Made by a program: the position numbers and the translations under genes
The notes under the pieces: model-generated
What the model was told of the DNA's origin: nothing
Databases searched by the model: none
What the model saw: the letters and a program-made list of their open reading frames with translations, nothing else
Part shown: piece by piece, positions 36,580 to 45,494 of the stretch
Layout: the number at the start of each line of letters is the position of its first letter
Position numbering within the stretch: position 1 is the stretch's first letter
Virus record (IMG/VR): IMGVR_UViG_2718218361_000005
Reading direction: 5' to 3' (one strand)
DNA length: 46,513 nucleotides
DNA from: a virus
Taxonomy: Duplodnaviria > Heunggongvirae > Uroviricota > Caudoviricetes

Positions 36580-37074
36580 TTATTTCCAATTGCAAGACTG
36601 TGAAATTTTTTCCACAACCTTATCAATCTCAGACAAGTCAAACTCAACTACTTGCATAGTTGATCCATAAGGTTCAAACCCAAAAATAGCTTTTTTATGC
36701 TTAGCCAAGGTCTTTATAAATTGTATTGGTTGTGGAGCAAATGCAGAATCACCGCCTTCCCCACCTCCCCAAACACTCTTGATCGGCTTTCCGCCATCTA
36801 ACCGCACTGTAATTCTTGGGTTGTCCGACCCCATATAATCATTGAATGATAAATAGGCATCTGTTTTGTTATCACTACAACGCAACACCAGTGAAGTTGC
36901 ACGATCAGTACCTGCTTTGTTATATGAATCTGGTGATAAGTTAAGAGCCACAAAGTCAGTCTGGTCAGTCATTTTATTTATCTCAGACTTTGTTATCCAC
37001 GGCCCTAACTTCTCTACACCAGCATTTGCTGTAAACGAGGCACTTATGACAAAGGCTAAAATAAATTTTCTCAT
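36580..37074 (-). CDS. Hypothetical secreted/periplasmic protein (164 aa) with cleavable signal peptide, AT-rich accessory gene
   Basis: Strong SD AAGGAG; signal peptide MRKFILAFVISASFTANA; two Cys; no homolog recalled. Confidence 0.6.
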   Translation of the reverse strand: MRKFILAFVISASFTANAGVEKLGPWITKSEINKMTDQTDFVALNLSPDSYNKAGTDRATSLVLRCSDNKTDAYLSFNDYMGSDNPRITVRLDGGKPIKSVWGGGEGGDSAFAPQPIQFIKTLAKHKKAIFGFEPYGSTMQVVEFDLSEIDKVVEKISQSCNWK

Positions 37075-37220
37075 AACCCTATCTCCTTGGATTCAAAGAA
37101 CTAAATATTATCAAGTCTCTTGCCACTAGAAAACCCACTTTACTACCAAACTCTGACGGCATTCCTGAAAATTCGGTTCATACTCACTTGCCCCGCCCTA
37201 TCATCCTGAGTAGCTAACCG

Positions 37221-37394
37221 TTAAACAAACGTTCGCCAGACCTTACCATCAATGACTAAGATTCCTGCCCGCGCCATTTTAGCCGCAGCCTGATTTATGC
37301 TGGTTACTGTCACACCTGTTACCGCAGCAACGTCCTGCGCACAGAAGTTCTTATGAGTCCCCAGGTAATGAATAATTGCCTCTTTGCCCGTCAT
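37221..37394 (-). CDS. ren: Ren-like protein, C-terminally shortened (57 aa versus ~96 aa in lambda)
   Basis: Hand translation MTGKEAIIHYLGTHKNFCAQDVAAVTGVTVTSINQAAAKMARAGILVIDGKVWRTFV; start overlaps the P stop as in lambda; AT-rich sequence follows the stop. Confidence 0.7.
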   Translation of the reverse strand: MTGKEAIIHYLGTHKNFCAQDVAAVTGVTVTSINQAAAKMARAGILVIDGKVWRTFV

Positions 37395-38092
37395 ACACTT
37401 GCTCCTTTCAGCCCAAACTTAGCTTTGATTTCTGCGATCTTCGCCAGAGCCTGTGCACGATTTAGAGGTCTACCGCCCATGACAGGAAGTTGTTTTACTG
37501 GTTCAGGTATCGCCTCACCACGGTTAATTCGCGCGGTCATACAGGACAGTTCATCGGCAGCCTTGCGCCGTAATTCCGCGTCAGTCAACGCATTGGCCCG
37601 CATGTTCTGATACAGGTTGGTAACCAGCCAGTAGTGCGCGTTTGATTTCCACGGATAAGACTCTGCATCCGGATACAGACCACGCTTCCGGCAATACTCG
37701 TAAACCATATCAACCAGCTCGCTGACGTTTGGCAGCCCGGCGGTAACGGATGCTTCTTCCCGGCACCATGCAACAAACTGCCCGGGTGATGGCAGAAATG
37801 GTCTATTCTGCCGACGGGCAACACGCATTCCGGCGCTCACCTGTTCCATCGTGGTGATCCCGTTTTCCCGGAAAGCCAGAACCCACTGGCGGCGGATTTC
37901 GTTCAGTTCGTTCTGGTCACGATTAGCCAGGCTCGCCGGGAAAGTTGCCAGTAACTGGCTGAATACACCGTTGATGATCTGCGCTACCTGCTGTACCTGC
38001 GGCTTTTCGTCGTACTGTTCCGGCATGTTGTTAGCGATCCGACGCATCTGCTCACGGTCAAAGTTAATCATCTGTGCGGCGATGTTTTTCAT
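37391..38092 (-). CDS. P: Replication protein P (DnaB helicase loader), 233 aa
   Basis: Matches lambda P. Confidence 0.95.
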   Translation of the reverse strand: MKNIAAQMINFDREQMRRIANNMPEQYDEKPQVQQVAQIINGVFSQLLATFPASLANRDQNELNEIRRQWVLAFRENGITTMEQVSAGMRVARRQNRPFLPSPGQFVAWCREEASVTAGLPNVSELVDMVYEYCRKRGLYPDAESYPWKSNAHYWLVTNLYQNMRANALTDAELRRKAADELSCMTARINRGEAIPEPVKQLPVMGGRPLNRAQALAKIAEIKAKFGLKGASV

Positions 38093-39018
38093 AGATCCAC
38101 CCCGTAAATCCAGTCTGTGTTTGTCAGGTCGAGTTTTGGTTTGCTAGCTGTCACGCCTGCCTGTTGCTTGTTACGGTTGATTTCGAGTTGGGTCCACTTG
38201 TCGCGGAGTTTGGCCGGACTTAGCACGTTACCGGACCAGAAGTTGTCCTGGCATGCCCAGCGGAACAGCACGCACATGTCGCGGTGGTTACGTCCGTCAC
38301 GTTCACGCATCAGGCGGATATCGTTAGCCCACCCTGCAAAATTCGGTTTTCTGGCTGATGGCGCGATGGTCTTCACCATGTCAAACATCCACTCTGCGGC
38401 GGTCAGGTCTTCTGCTGTCCCCCACCTGCTGCCGCTCTGAATTGCAGCATCTGGTTTCTCCACAGGAAGGTCGTTTTCTGGCTGGTCAGAGGATTCGCCA
38501 GAATTCTCGGACGAAAAAGGTTTTATATTGTCTTTTGTTAGTTTGTCTTTTGTGTTTACCTGATTCGGGTAAACGTCTTTACCTGATTTGGGTAAACTTT
38601 TTTTACCTGATTCAGGTAAATTTACCTCTTTCAGGTAAACTTTATTTTTCTTACCTGATTCGGGTAATGTTGACCATTCACTGACCACATTATTAATGCC
38701 GGTATTCCGCCCGCTCTGAATAAGAATCCCACGCTTTACCAGAACACTTTTTGCAGCAGAACACTTGTGCGGCAATATCCCGGTCAATTCGGACAGTTGC
38801 TCGTTGCTCACCCAATCCAGTTTTTTATTAAAGCCATATGTTTTGCGCATGACAGCTAGGAAGACCAGAAGCTGGTGCTGTGTTAATCCGGCCAGCATCA
38901 CAGCTTCCAGCAACTCATTTGCAATGCGCGTATAACCATCATCGAGATCTGCCACGCGCGGCTCCTTTTGTGCCGCATCCGGCACTGGAAAATTGAATAT
39001 CTCAGCAGTGTTTGCCAT
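38089..39018 (-). CDS. O: Replication initiator O (309 aa), N-terminal iteron-binding domain differs from lambda, C-terminal P-interacting domain lambda-like
   Basis: ATG at 39016-39018 preceded by GGGAGG; N-terminus MANTAEIFNFP... resembles lambda O; ori iterons inside the gene; overlaps the P start. Confidence 0.85.
   Translation of the reverse strand: MANTAEIFNFPVPDAAQKEPRVADLDDGYTRIANELLEAVMLAGLTQHQLLVFLAVMRKTYGFNKKLDWVSNEQLSELTGILPHKCSAAKSVLVKRGILIQSGRNTGINNVVSEWSTLPESGKKNKVYLKEVNLPESGKKSLPKSGKDVYPNQVNTKDKLTKDNIKPFSSENSGESSDQPENDLPVEKPDAAIQSGSRWGTAEDLTAAEWMFDMVKTIAPSARKPNFAGWANDIRLMRERDGRNHRDMCVLFRWACQDNFWSGNVLSPAKLRDKWTQLEINRNKQQAGVTASKPKLDLTNTDWIYGVDL
38556..38670. repeat. Replication origin iterons (five ~19-20-bp repeats, TTTACCTGATTCGGGTAAAC-type) with adjacent A/T-rich region, inside O
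   Basis: Repeats at 38556-38575, 38579-38598, 38602-38620, 38621-38640, 38651-38670; A/T-rich 38520-38555. Confidence 0.8.
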
Positions 39019-39104
39019 AATTCCTCCCGCAATGAGTGTGTTACGATTTGCACCTGAAAGTCGGTTCTGTTCCAGCAGACCGGCTTTCGCCATTTCTGAA
39101 CCTG

Positions 39105-39644
39105 TCATATCGCCCCCAGCATGGTAGTAACCATCGCCATCAATGGACCAGCCAGATCTGGGTCCACACGAAACATCGACACAATACCTTCACTAATTTC
39201 CTTCAGTTTCTGGTGGCGTGGTGCGTTGAGAATGACAGCCTGTTTTGCCTCACTGAGTTCCTTTTCCATTTCAGCCAACCTAGCCATGAAGCTATCCTGC
39301 TCAACCAGGTAACCGCGATATTCCAGCGGTAGTACCGCCAGAATTGCCGGGGTCAGTTCACGCACGTTATTTCGGTATTTTTCAGAATCGAATTTGTTAT
39401 CGAGGAAGCGGAACAGCTTCTGGCGTGCACGGCTGACATCATCAGGGAAATCGATGGTGCCGCCGCCCTGCTCCCGATACTCATTCACAATGAGTGTGGC
39501 AACGACATCCTGATTATCTTCAGCCGACCAAGCGCGGACGGCATCACGGATTTTTTCGTGGCCTGGCACCTGTTTTGTTTGAGAACGATTTATCACCGCA
39601 GTCGGGCTAAATCCGCTAGTCTGTTGGTATGTAAGTGGTTGCAT
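39105..39644 (-). CDS. YdaT-like early regulator in the cII position (179 aa)
   Basis: SD AAGGAG; motifs NEYREQGGG and LTPAILAVLPLEYRGYL resemble remembered Rac YdaT; located between the cro-like gene and O. Confidence 0.55.
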   Translation of the reverse strand: MQPLTYQQTSGFSPTAVINRSQTKQVPGHEKIRDAVRAWSAEDNQDVVATLIVNEYREQGGGTIDFPDDVSRARQKLFRFLDNKFDSEKYRNNVRELTPAILAVLPLEYRGYLVEQDSFMARLAEMEKELSEAKQAVILNAPRHQKLKEISEGIVSMFRVDPDLAGPLMAMVTTMLGAI

Positions 39645-39713
39645 AATTGACTCCTTTAGTTTGAATTGACTGTTAAGTTGATTGCTTATTGTTAAAGAGC
39701 GTGAAATGGAAAT

Positions 39714-39944
39714 TTAAGCTGCGTTCTTTTCGGTGTGTGGAAACAACTTCGGAAGATCCGGGCGAATCTGGTATGCCTTCACTACTCCACCAGTAGCCGT
39801 AACAATGCTGCCGACATGTTCAGGGGATACCTTTGCTTTGTTGTGAAGCCACTTATAGACGGCCTGCTGTGAAACTTCGCAAGCAGCGCCCAGTTTCTTT
39901 TGTGAACCAACGATATTGATCGCTGTTTTGATAGCTGGGTTCAT
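39714..39944 (-). CDS. Cro-like HTH regulator (YdaS-like), 76 aa
   Basis: SD GGAGG; HTH segment QKKLGAACEVSQQAVYKW; divergent from the repressor gene. Confidence 0.75.
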   Translation of the reverse strand: MNPAIKTAINIVGSQKKLGAACEVSQQAVYKWLHNKAKVSPEHVGSIVTATGGVVKAYQIRPDLPKLFPHTEKNAA

Positions 39945-39976
39945 AACAACCTCCGTGGTTAATTTGAATCAAGATT

Positions 39977-40007
39977 AAAACTATGGTTGTTTTTAGTCAA
40001 CAACCAT
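39977..40007. promoter_or_regulatory. Rightward operator/promoter region (OR/pR-like) between the cro-like and repressor genes
   Basis: Perfect inverted repeat ATGGTTGTT-N7-AACAACCAT (39983..40007); candidate -35 TTGACT on the minus strand; 17-bp element aaaactatggttgtttt (39977..39993) recurs inverted at 41036..41052. Confidence 0.6.
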
Positions 40008-40048
40008 TTTCGTTTGATGGAATAAAACCTTGGTTGTACATTTGGACT

Positions 40049-40738
40049 ATGAAAACAACACTCTCAGAAAGACTTAAAGAAGCCAGATTAGCGCGAGGCC
40101 TTACACAAAAGGCGCTTGGGGATTTGGTCGGGGTTAGCCAAGCTGCTATTCAGAAAATCGAAACAGGGAAAGCTAATCAAACAACTAAAATCGTGGAGAT
40201 CGCGAACGCTTTGGGTGTGCGCGCAGAATGGTTATCTTCTGGCGTTGGAAATATGTCAGACAGTACAGTGCAACCAATACAATCAACTGTCAGCCATTCC
40301 AAATACTTCAAGATTGACGTTCTTGATATAGAAGTCAGTGCTGGGCCGGGAGTCATCAACCGTGAGTTTGTAGAAGTTCTACGCTCGGTTGAGTACTCGT
40401 TTGACGATGCTCGTCACATGTTCGATGGTAGGAAGGCGGAAAATATCCGCATCATTAACGTGCGTGGTGACAGCATGTCAGGAACGATCGAACCAGGTGA
40501 TCTGCTGTTCGTTGATATCACAGTTAAATCTTTCGACGGTGATGGTATCTATGCGTTTCTGTACGACGACACAGCCCATGTAAAGCGCCTGCAAATGATG
40601 AAGGATAAGCTGCTGGTCATCTCTGATAACAAAAGCTACTCACCGTGGGACCCGATCGAGAAAGACGAGATGAACCGGGTGTTCATCTTCGGTAAGGTTA
40701 TTGGGAGCATGCCGCAGACATATAGGAAGCATGGGTAG
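40049..40738 (+). CDS. cI: CI-type prophage repressor (N-terminal HTH, C-terminal S24 LexA-like autopeptidase), 229 aa
   Basis: HTH LTQKALGDLVGVSQAAIQKIETG; S24 motifs GDSM and VKRL; ATG at 40049 has no SD, so possibly leaderless as lambda cI from pRM; the track ORF start at 39983 lies inside the operator palindrome. Confidence 0.85.
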   Translation: MKTTLSERLKEARLARGLTQKALGDLVGVSQAAIQKIETGKANQTTKIVEIANALGVRAEWLSSGVGNMSDSTVQPIQSTVSHSKYFKIDVLDIEVSAGPGVINREFVEVLRSVEYSFDDARHMFDGRKAENIRIINVRGDSMSGTIEPGDLLFVDITVKSFDGDGIYAFLYDDTAHVKRLQMMKDKLLVISDNKSYSPWDPIEKDEMNRVFIFGKVIGSMPQTYRKHG

Positions 40739-40859
40739 TACCAATTAAAAATTATCAACTGGGCATTGTGCTCATTCAGTAAAGAACTAATTCCTATCTT
40801 TGCTCTAGGTAGTAATATTAAGCCACCGCAATAATATCTTTACCTAACGGCGTAAGAAT

Positions 40860-40886
40860 CCCGGTCACCGTGCCGGGTTTTCTTTT
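40860..40886 (+). terminator. Intrinsic terminator downstream of the repressor gene
   Basis: Hairpin cccgg-tcaccgtg-ccggg followed by ttttctttt. Confidence 0.55.
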
Positions 40887-40998
40887 GCCCTCCCCTCATC
40901 ACACACACCGTTAAAAAAACCACCATAACCTCGCTTCAGTTATCGCTATGCGATTCAAGTCACAAAATAAATCCATCCTAAATACAACCAGTTATATC

Positions 40999-41056
40999 TA
41001 AAACAACCAATAAAACAACTTTTGTTGTTGACGGTAAAACAACTATAGTTTTAAAT
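40999..41056 (+). promoter_or_regulatory. Leftward operator/promoter region (OL/pL-like) driving the gam-bet-exo operon
   Basis: Three AAAACAAC half-site-containing elements, palindrome ACAACTTTTGTTGT, candidate promoter TTGACG-N17-TTAAAT overlapping the 17-bp element shared with OR. Confidence 0.55.
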
Positions 41057-41616
41057 AAGTTCGTCGCAACAACACAACGATACGGCAACCACCTGATTCA
41101 CCGTTGCGATGACCGCTTAGATCCGCAGTTTGAATTTCAGCAGGTTTCGGGGAGTGCGAGGGGTGAAACGGACGCGTGAACGTCGGTGTGACCAGCTGAA
41201 ATCAACTCAACATTTCATACCTTAGTCGCTTCAACGAGGCGGCTTAGTTATGACAACCGGCGGCCATCCACCGCCTGAATACGCGCAGAAGTCTCTATAT
41301 GTTCAGCAGCCCAGCTTACGGGCAGGAGTTTTTATGGTTCATCAACATTACGGAACGCAGACCGTTAATCGCGGCGCGGTCATGCCAGGAATGCTGGTCA
41401 AACACAAAGATGGTACCTAGACTGCATCAGCTAATTTACGCGGACAGCTTTATCTGCATCGCGGCATCGAGCGCACTTATACCCGTGATTTGCTCGTGGA
41501 AGTTTTTCTCGACGGACGCGGTAACGGCCTGAATCACTAACCCCCCTTTCCTGTTTTCCTAATCAGCCTGGCATTTCGCGGGCGCTATTTTCACAGCCAT
41601 TTTCAGGAGTTCAGCC

Positions 41617-41913
41617 ATGAACGCTTATTACATTCAGGATCGTCTTGAGGCTCAGAGCTGGGCGCGTCACTACCAGCAGATCGCCCGTGAAGAGAAAGAG
41701 GCAGAACTGGCAGACGACATGGAAAAAGGCCTGCCCCAGCACCTGTTTGAATCGCTATGCATCGATCATTTGCAACGCCACGGGGCCAGCAAAAAAGCCA
41801 TTACCCGTGCGTTTGATGACGATGTTGAGTTTCAGGAGCGCATGGCAGAACACATCCGGTACATGGTTGAAACCATTGCTCACCATCAGGTTGATATTGA
41901 TTCAGAGGTATAA
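41617..41913 (+). CDS. gam: Gam (short 98-aa form), RecBCD inhibitor
   Basis: [21 protein letters not shown]... matches lambda GamS; the upstream in-frame extension is closed by a stop at 41560-41562. Confidence 0.9.
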   Translation: MNAYYIQDRLEAQSWARHYQQIAREEKEAELADDMEKGLPQHLFESLCIDHLQRHGASKKAITRAFDDDVEFQERMAEHIRYMVETIAHHQVDIDSEV

Positions 41914-41918
41914 AACGG

Positions 41919-42704
41919 ATGAGTACAGCACTCGCAACGCTGGCTGGGAAGCTGGCTGAACGTGTCGGCATGGATTCTGTCGACCCACAGGAACTGATCA
42001 CCACTCTTCGCCAGACGGCATTTAAAGGTGATGCCAGCGATGCGCAGTTCATCGCATTGTTGATCGTCGCCAACCAGTACGGCCTTAATCCGTGGACGAA
42101 AGAAATTTACGCCTTCCCTGATAAGCAGAACGGCATCGTTCCGGTGGTGGGCGTTGATGGCTGGTCCCGTATCATCAATGAAAACCAGCAGTTTGATGGC
42201 ATGGACTTTGAGCAGGACAATGAATCCTGCACATGCCGGATTTACCGCAAGGACCGTAATCATCCGATCTGCGTTACCGAGTGGATGGATGAATGCCGCC
42301 GCGAACCATTCAAAACCCGCGAAGGCAGAGAAATCACGGGGCCGTGGCAGTCGCATCCCAAACGGATGTTACGTCATAAAGCCATGATTCAGTGTGCCCG
42401 TCTGGCCTTCGGATTTGCTGGTATCTATGACAAGGATGAAGCCGAGCGCATTGTCGAAAATACCGCATACACTGCAGAACGTCAGCCGGAACGCGACATC
42501 ACTCCGGTTAACGATGAAACCATGCAGGAGATTAACACTCTGCTGATTGCCCTGGATAAAACATGGGATGACGACTTATTGCCGCTCTGTTCCCAGATAT
42601 TTCGCCGCGACATTCGCGCATCGTCAGAACTGACACAGGCCGAAGCAGTGAAAGCTCTTGGATTCCTGAAACAGAAAGCCTCTGAGCAGAAGGTGGCTGC
42701 ATGA
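41919..42704 (+). CDS. bet: Bet single-strand annealing recombinase (261 aa)
   Basis: Matches lambda Bet. Confidence 0.95.
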   Translation: MSTALATLAGKLAERVGMDSVDPQELITTLRQTAFKGDASDAQFIALLIVANQYGLNPWTKEIYAFPDKQNGIVPVVGVDGWSRIINENQQFDGMDFEQDNESCTCRIYRKDRNHPICVTEWMDECRREPFKTREGREITGPWQSHPKRMLRHKAMIQCARLAFGFAGIYDKDEAERIVENTAYTAERQPERDITPVNDETMQEINTLLIALDKTWDDDLLPLCSQIFRRDIRASSELTQAEAVKALGFLKQKASEQKVAA

Positions 42705-43381
42705 CACCGGACATTATCCTGCAGCGTACCGGGATCGACGTGAGAGCTGTCGAACAGGGAGATGATGCGTGGAACAAATTACGACTCGGCGTCATCACGG
42801 CTTCAGAAGTTCACAATGTGATAGCAAAACCCCGCTCCGGTAAAAAGTGGCCTGACATGAAAATGTCCTACTTTCACACCCTGCTGGCTGAGATTTGCAC
42901 CGGTGTGGCTCCGGAAGTTAACGCTAAGGCGCTGGCCTGGGGAAAACAGTACGAGAATGACGCCAGAGCCCTGTTTGAGTTTACTTCCGGCGTGAATGTT
43001 ACTGAATCCCCGATCATCTATCGCGACGAAAGTATGCGCACCGCCTGCTCTCCCGATGGTTTATGCAGTGACGGCAACGGCCTTGAACTGAAATGCCCGT
43101 TTACCTCCCGGGATTTCATGAAGTTCCGGCTCGGTGGTTTCGAGGCCATAAAGTCGGCTTACATGGCCCAGGTGCAGTACAGCATGTGGGTGACGCGAAA
43201 AGATGCCTGGTACTTTGCCAACTATGACCCGCGCATGAAGCGTGAAGGCCTGCATTATGTCGTGATTGAGCGGAATGAAAAGTACATGGCGAGTTTTGAC
43301 GAGATGGTGCCGGAGTTCATCGAAAAAATGGACGAGGCACTGGCTGAAATTGGTTTTGTATTTGGGGAGCAATGGCGATGA
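42701..43381 (+). CDS. exo: Exo 5'-3' exonuclease (226 aa)
   Basis: Matches lambda Exo. Confidence 0.95.
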   Translation: MTPDIILQRTGIDVRAVEQGDDAWNKLRLGVITASEVHNVIAKPRSGKKWPDMKMSYFHTLLAEICTGVAPEVNAKALAWGKQYENDARALFEFTSGVNVTESPIIYRDESMRTACSPDGLCSDGNGLELKCPFTSRDFMKFRLGGFEAIKSAYMAQVQYSMWVTRKDAWYFANYDPRMKREGLHYVVIERNEKYMASFDEMVPEFIEKMDEALAEIGFVFGEQWR

Positions 43382-43536
43382 AGCATCCTCACGATAATAT
43401 CCGGGTAGGTGCGATCACTTTCGTCTACTCCGTTACAAAGCGAGGCTGGGTATTTCCCGGCCTTTCTGTTATCCGAAATCCGCTGAAAGCCCAGCGGCTG
43501 GCTGAGGAGATAAATAATAAACGGGAGAGTGTATGA
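43378..43536 (+). CDS. Small ORF, lambda orf60a-like (52 aa)
   Basis: Hand translation [52 protein letters not shown]; ATG overlaps the exo stop. Confidence 0.5.
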   Translation: MKHPHDNIRVGAITFVYSVTKRGWVFPGLSVIRNPLKAQRLAEEINNKRESV

Positions 43537-44285
43537 TTCATTTTCACGGTGGTCCAATAACTCCCGATACCTGTGCGTTGAAAGCCTGGAAAGGCAGACA
43601 CGCATTCATCAGTTTTGCTAATCCAGCTCAGATTGATCTGGCTTCCGAAGTCACCCAATCATTTGCTCTTGATAATGGTGCATTCACATTCTGGACAAAA
43701 AACAAGGCCATAGACTGGAATGAATATTACAGATTTGTTGAACGCTGGGGTAATCACCCTCGTTTCTCATTCGCGGTTATCCCGGATGTTATCGGCGGAA
43801 CCAGTGAAGAGAATGACGCCCTGATTGCGGCATGGCCTCACGGTAAATTTATTGGTGCTCCGGTGTGGCACATGAACGAACCAGATGAGCGATTTATTCG
43901 TCTGTGCCATGAGTTTCCCCGCGTCTGCATCGGCTCGATGGGGGAATACGATGCAAAACGACCGAGAGCGTGTCGGGCTAAACTACGCGATCTTATACGT
44001 CATGTTGTAGATCAGTACGGCTACCCAATCACCAAGATTCATGGGTTACGGATGTTAAATAAAGACATTTTTACTCATGTACCGCTTTCGTCTGCAGACA
44101 GCACGAACGTCGCAAGAAATATAGGCATCGACAAATCCTGGGTAGGTTCGCCATATGCTCCCGCAAGTAAAGAAACCCGTACGCAAGTTCTTGTGGAACG
44201 CATTGAATCATTCAACAGTGCCAGTTCACTTAATTACAACGCTGAACGGGACGTCTTTACCCCTCAACTGGCATTCGAAGTGTGA
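43533..44285 (+). CDS. Hypothetical 250-aa protein; motif order weakly resembles the tRNA-guanine transglycosylase (Tgt/DpdA) superfamily, unverified
   Basis: Motifs in Tgt-like order: FALDNGAF (cf. TDSGGFQ), AVIPDVIGG (cf. FDECT), IGSMGEY (cf. GGLAVGE), HGLRMLNKD (cf. MGVGKPED); no Zn-binding Cys cluster; memory-based comparison only. Confidence 0.5.
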   Translation: MIHFHGGPITPDTCALKAWKGRHAFISFANPAQIDLASEVTQSFALDNGAFTFWTKNKAIDWNEYYRFVERWGNHPRFSFAVIPDVIGGTSEENDALIAAWPHGKFIGAPVWHMNEPDERFIRLCHEFPRVCIGSMGEYDAKRPRACRAKLRDLIRHVVDQYGYPITKIHGLRMLNKDIFTHVPLSSADSTNVARNIGIDKSWVGSPYAPASKETRTQVLVERIESFNSASSLNYNAERDVFTPQLAFEV

Positions 44286-44292
44286 GGCCAAT

Positions 44293-44508
44293 ATGACAAT
44301 AGAACATAATAACGCCCTTCGCAGCATTGCCCGTCAGGCTAATTCTGAAATCAAAAAAGCCAGACAGCAGTTTCCGGATAAAAACGTCGATGACATTTGC
44401 CGTAGCGTACTAAAGAAGCACCGCGAAACGGTAACGCTGATGGGATTCACACCGACTCATTTAAGCCTGGCGATCGGCATGTTAAACGGCGTCTTTAAGG
44501 AACGGTGA
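44293..44508 (+). CDS. Hypothetical 71-aa protein, downstream partner of the 250-aa gene
   Basis: ATG 8 nt after the upstream stop with GAGG SD; followed by a terminator-like hairpin. Confidence 0.5.
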   Translation: MTIEHNNALRSIARQANSEIKKARQQFPDKNVDDICRSVLKKHRETVTLMGFTPTHLSLAIGMLNGVFKER

Positions 44509-44529
44509 ACATGAAAAGAAAAATCATCA

Positions 44530-44554
44530 GGGAGCTACAGGCTCCTTTTTTATT
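44530..44554 (+). terminator. Putative intrinsic terminator after the 250-aa/71-aa gene pair
   Basis: Hairpin ggagc-tacag-gctcc followed by ttttttatt; short stem. Confidence 0.45.
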
Positions 44555-44606
44555 GTTCGCATTCATCCTCAAGCGTATTAACCAACAATTCAGGGATTAA
44601 TGGAAG

Positions 44607-44825
44607 ATGGCAGACATCATTGATTCGGCATCAGAAATCGAAGAATTACAGCGCAATACAGCAATAAAAATGCGTCGTCTGAACTACCAGACTGTATCCG
44701 CAACTCATTGTTGTGAGTGTGGCGATCCGATAGATGAGCGAAGACGCCTGGCTGTTCAGGGTTGTCGGACTTGTGCAAGTTGCCAGGAGGAGATCGAACT
44801 TAAGAACAAACAATGGGGACTGTGA
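44607..44825 (+). CDS. TraR/DksA-family C4 zinc-finger protein (72 aa)
   Basis: CxxC...CxxC (CCECGDPIDERRRLAVQGCRTCASC) in a small acidic-N-terminus protein. Confidence 0.7.
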   Translation: MADIIDSASEIEELQRNTAIKMRRLNYQTVSATHCCECGDPIDERRRLAVQGCRTCASCQEEIELKNKQWGL

Positions 44826-44872
44826 TGGCCTCAAAGCAGCAAATTTCAACATCGTCCAACTGAGGTGTAAAA

Positions 44873-45151
44873 ATGTTCAGAATCATTTTTCCTAACACCT
44901 GGTACGTCGACCACCACGGCACTCCCTGCAAAATCCTGCGTTCTACCCACAACAAAGTTCACTACATCCGAAAAGGCAGAACATGTATCGCCAGCATGTT
45001 CCGCTTTAATCATGACTTTGAACCTGTGAATAAAGCTGATGCAGATCGGATAGCAGAAGAGATCGAAACGGCAGAACACATTAAGAAGTTACGTGACATG
45101 CGTTCAAAAAGCAGAGGTAACCATGGAATCATACAGCCTCACACTCGATGA
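44873..45151 (+). CDS. Hypothetical 92-aa protein
   Basis: ORF with GAGGTG SD; no homolog recalled. Confidence 0.45.
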   Translation: MFRIIFPNTWYVDHHGTPCKILRSTHNKVHYIRKGRTCIASMFRFNHDFEPVNKADADRIAEEIETAEHIKKLRDMRSKSRGNHGIIQPHTR

Positions 45152-45494
45152 GGCCTGTCAGTTTCTTAAGATATCCAGACCAACCGCCACCAACTGGATA
45201 CGAACAGGCCGCCTACAGGCAACACGTAAAGATCCAACCAAGCCAAAATCTCCTTACCTCACAACACGGCAAGCCTGCATTGCGGCGCTTCAGTCTCCGC
45301 TGCATACTGTCCAGGTGAGCGCGGGTGATGGCATAACAGAGGAAAGAAAATGTCACTCTTCCGCAGAAATGAAATATGGTATGCCTCGTATTCGCTCCCG
45401 GGCGGGAAACGAATTAAGGAATCTCTTGGCACAAAGGACAAGCGGCAAGCTCAGGAGTTGCACGACAAGCGAAAAGCAGAACTCTGGCGAGTAG
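45123..45494 (+). CDS. xis: Excisionase-like protein (XisD-like); 3' end overlaps int by ~145 nt
   Basis: ATG at 45123 after GAGGT; [36 protein letters not shown]... is an HTH/excisionase-like N-terminus; immediately upstream of int. Confidence 0.6.
   Translation: MESYSLTLDEACQFLKISRPTATNWIRTGRLQATRKDPTKPKSPYLTTRQACIAALQSPLHTVQVSAGDGITEERKCHSSAEMKYGMPRIRSRAGNELRNLLAQRTSGKLRSCTTSEKQNSGE

Noticed and set aside
38556-38670. Possible CRISPR-like array of short direct repeats
   Set aside because: The repeats are contiguous or separated by only short A/T spacers, each has internal dyad symmetry, and they lie inside the O gene next to an A/T-rich stretch; they are origin iterons.
41299-41532. 77-aa ORF in the pL-proximal interval as an N or Kil candidate
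   Set aside because: No ribosome-binding site, not Arg-rich at the N-terminus as N proteins are, and it overlaps an alternative 56-aa frame; left unannotated and discussed only as part of the missing-N finding.
45093-45494. 133-aa version of the excisionase ORF starting at 45093
   Set aside because: The ATG at 45123 has a clear SD and gives an N-terminus typical of excisionases, so the upstream extension was dropped; the long 3' overlap with int remains unexplained.
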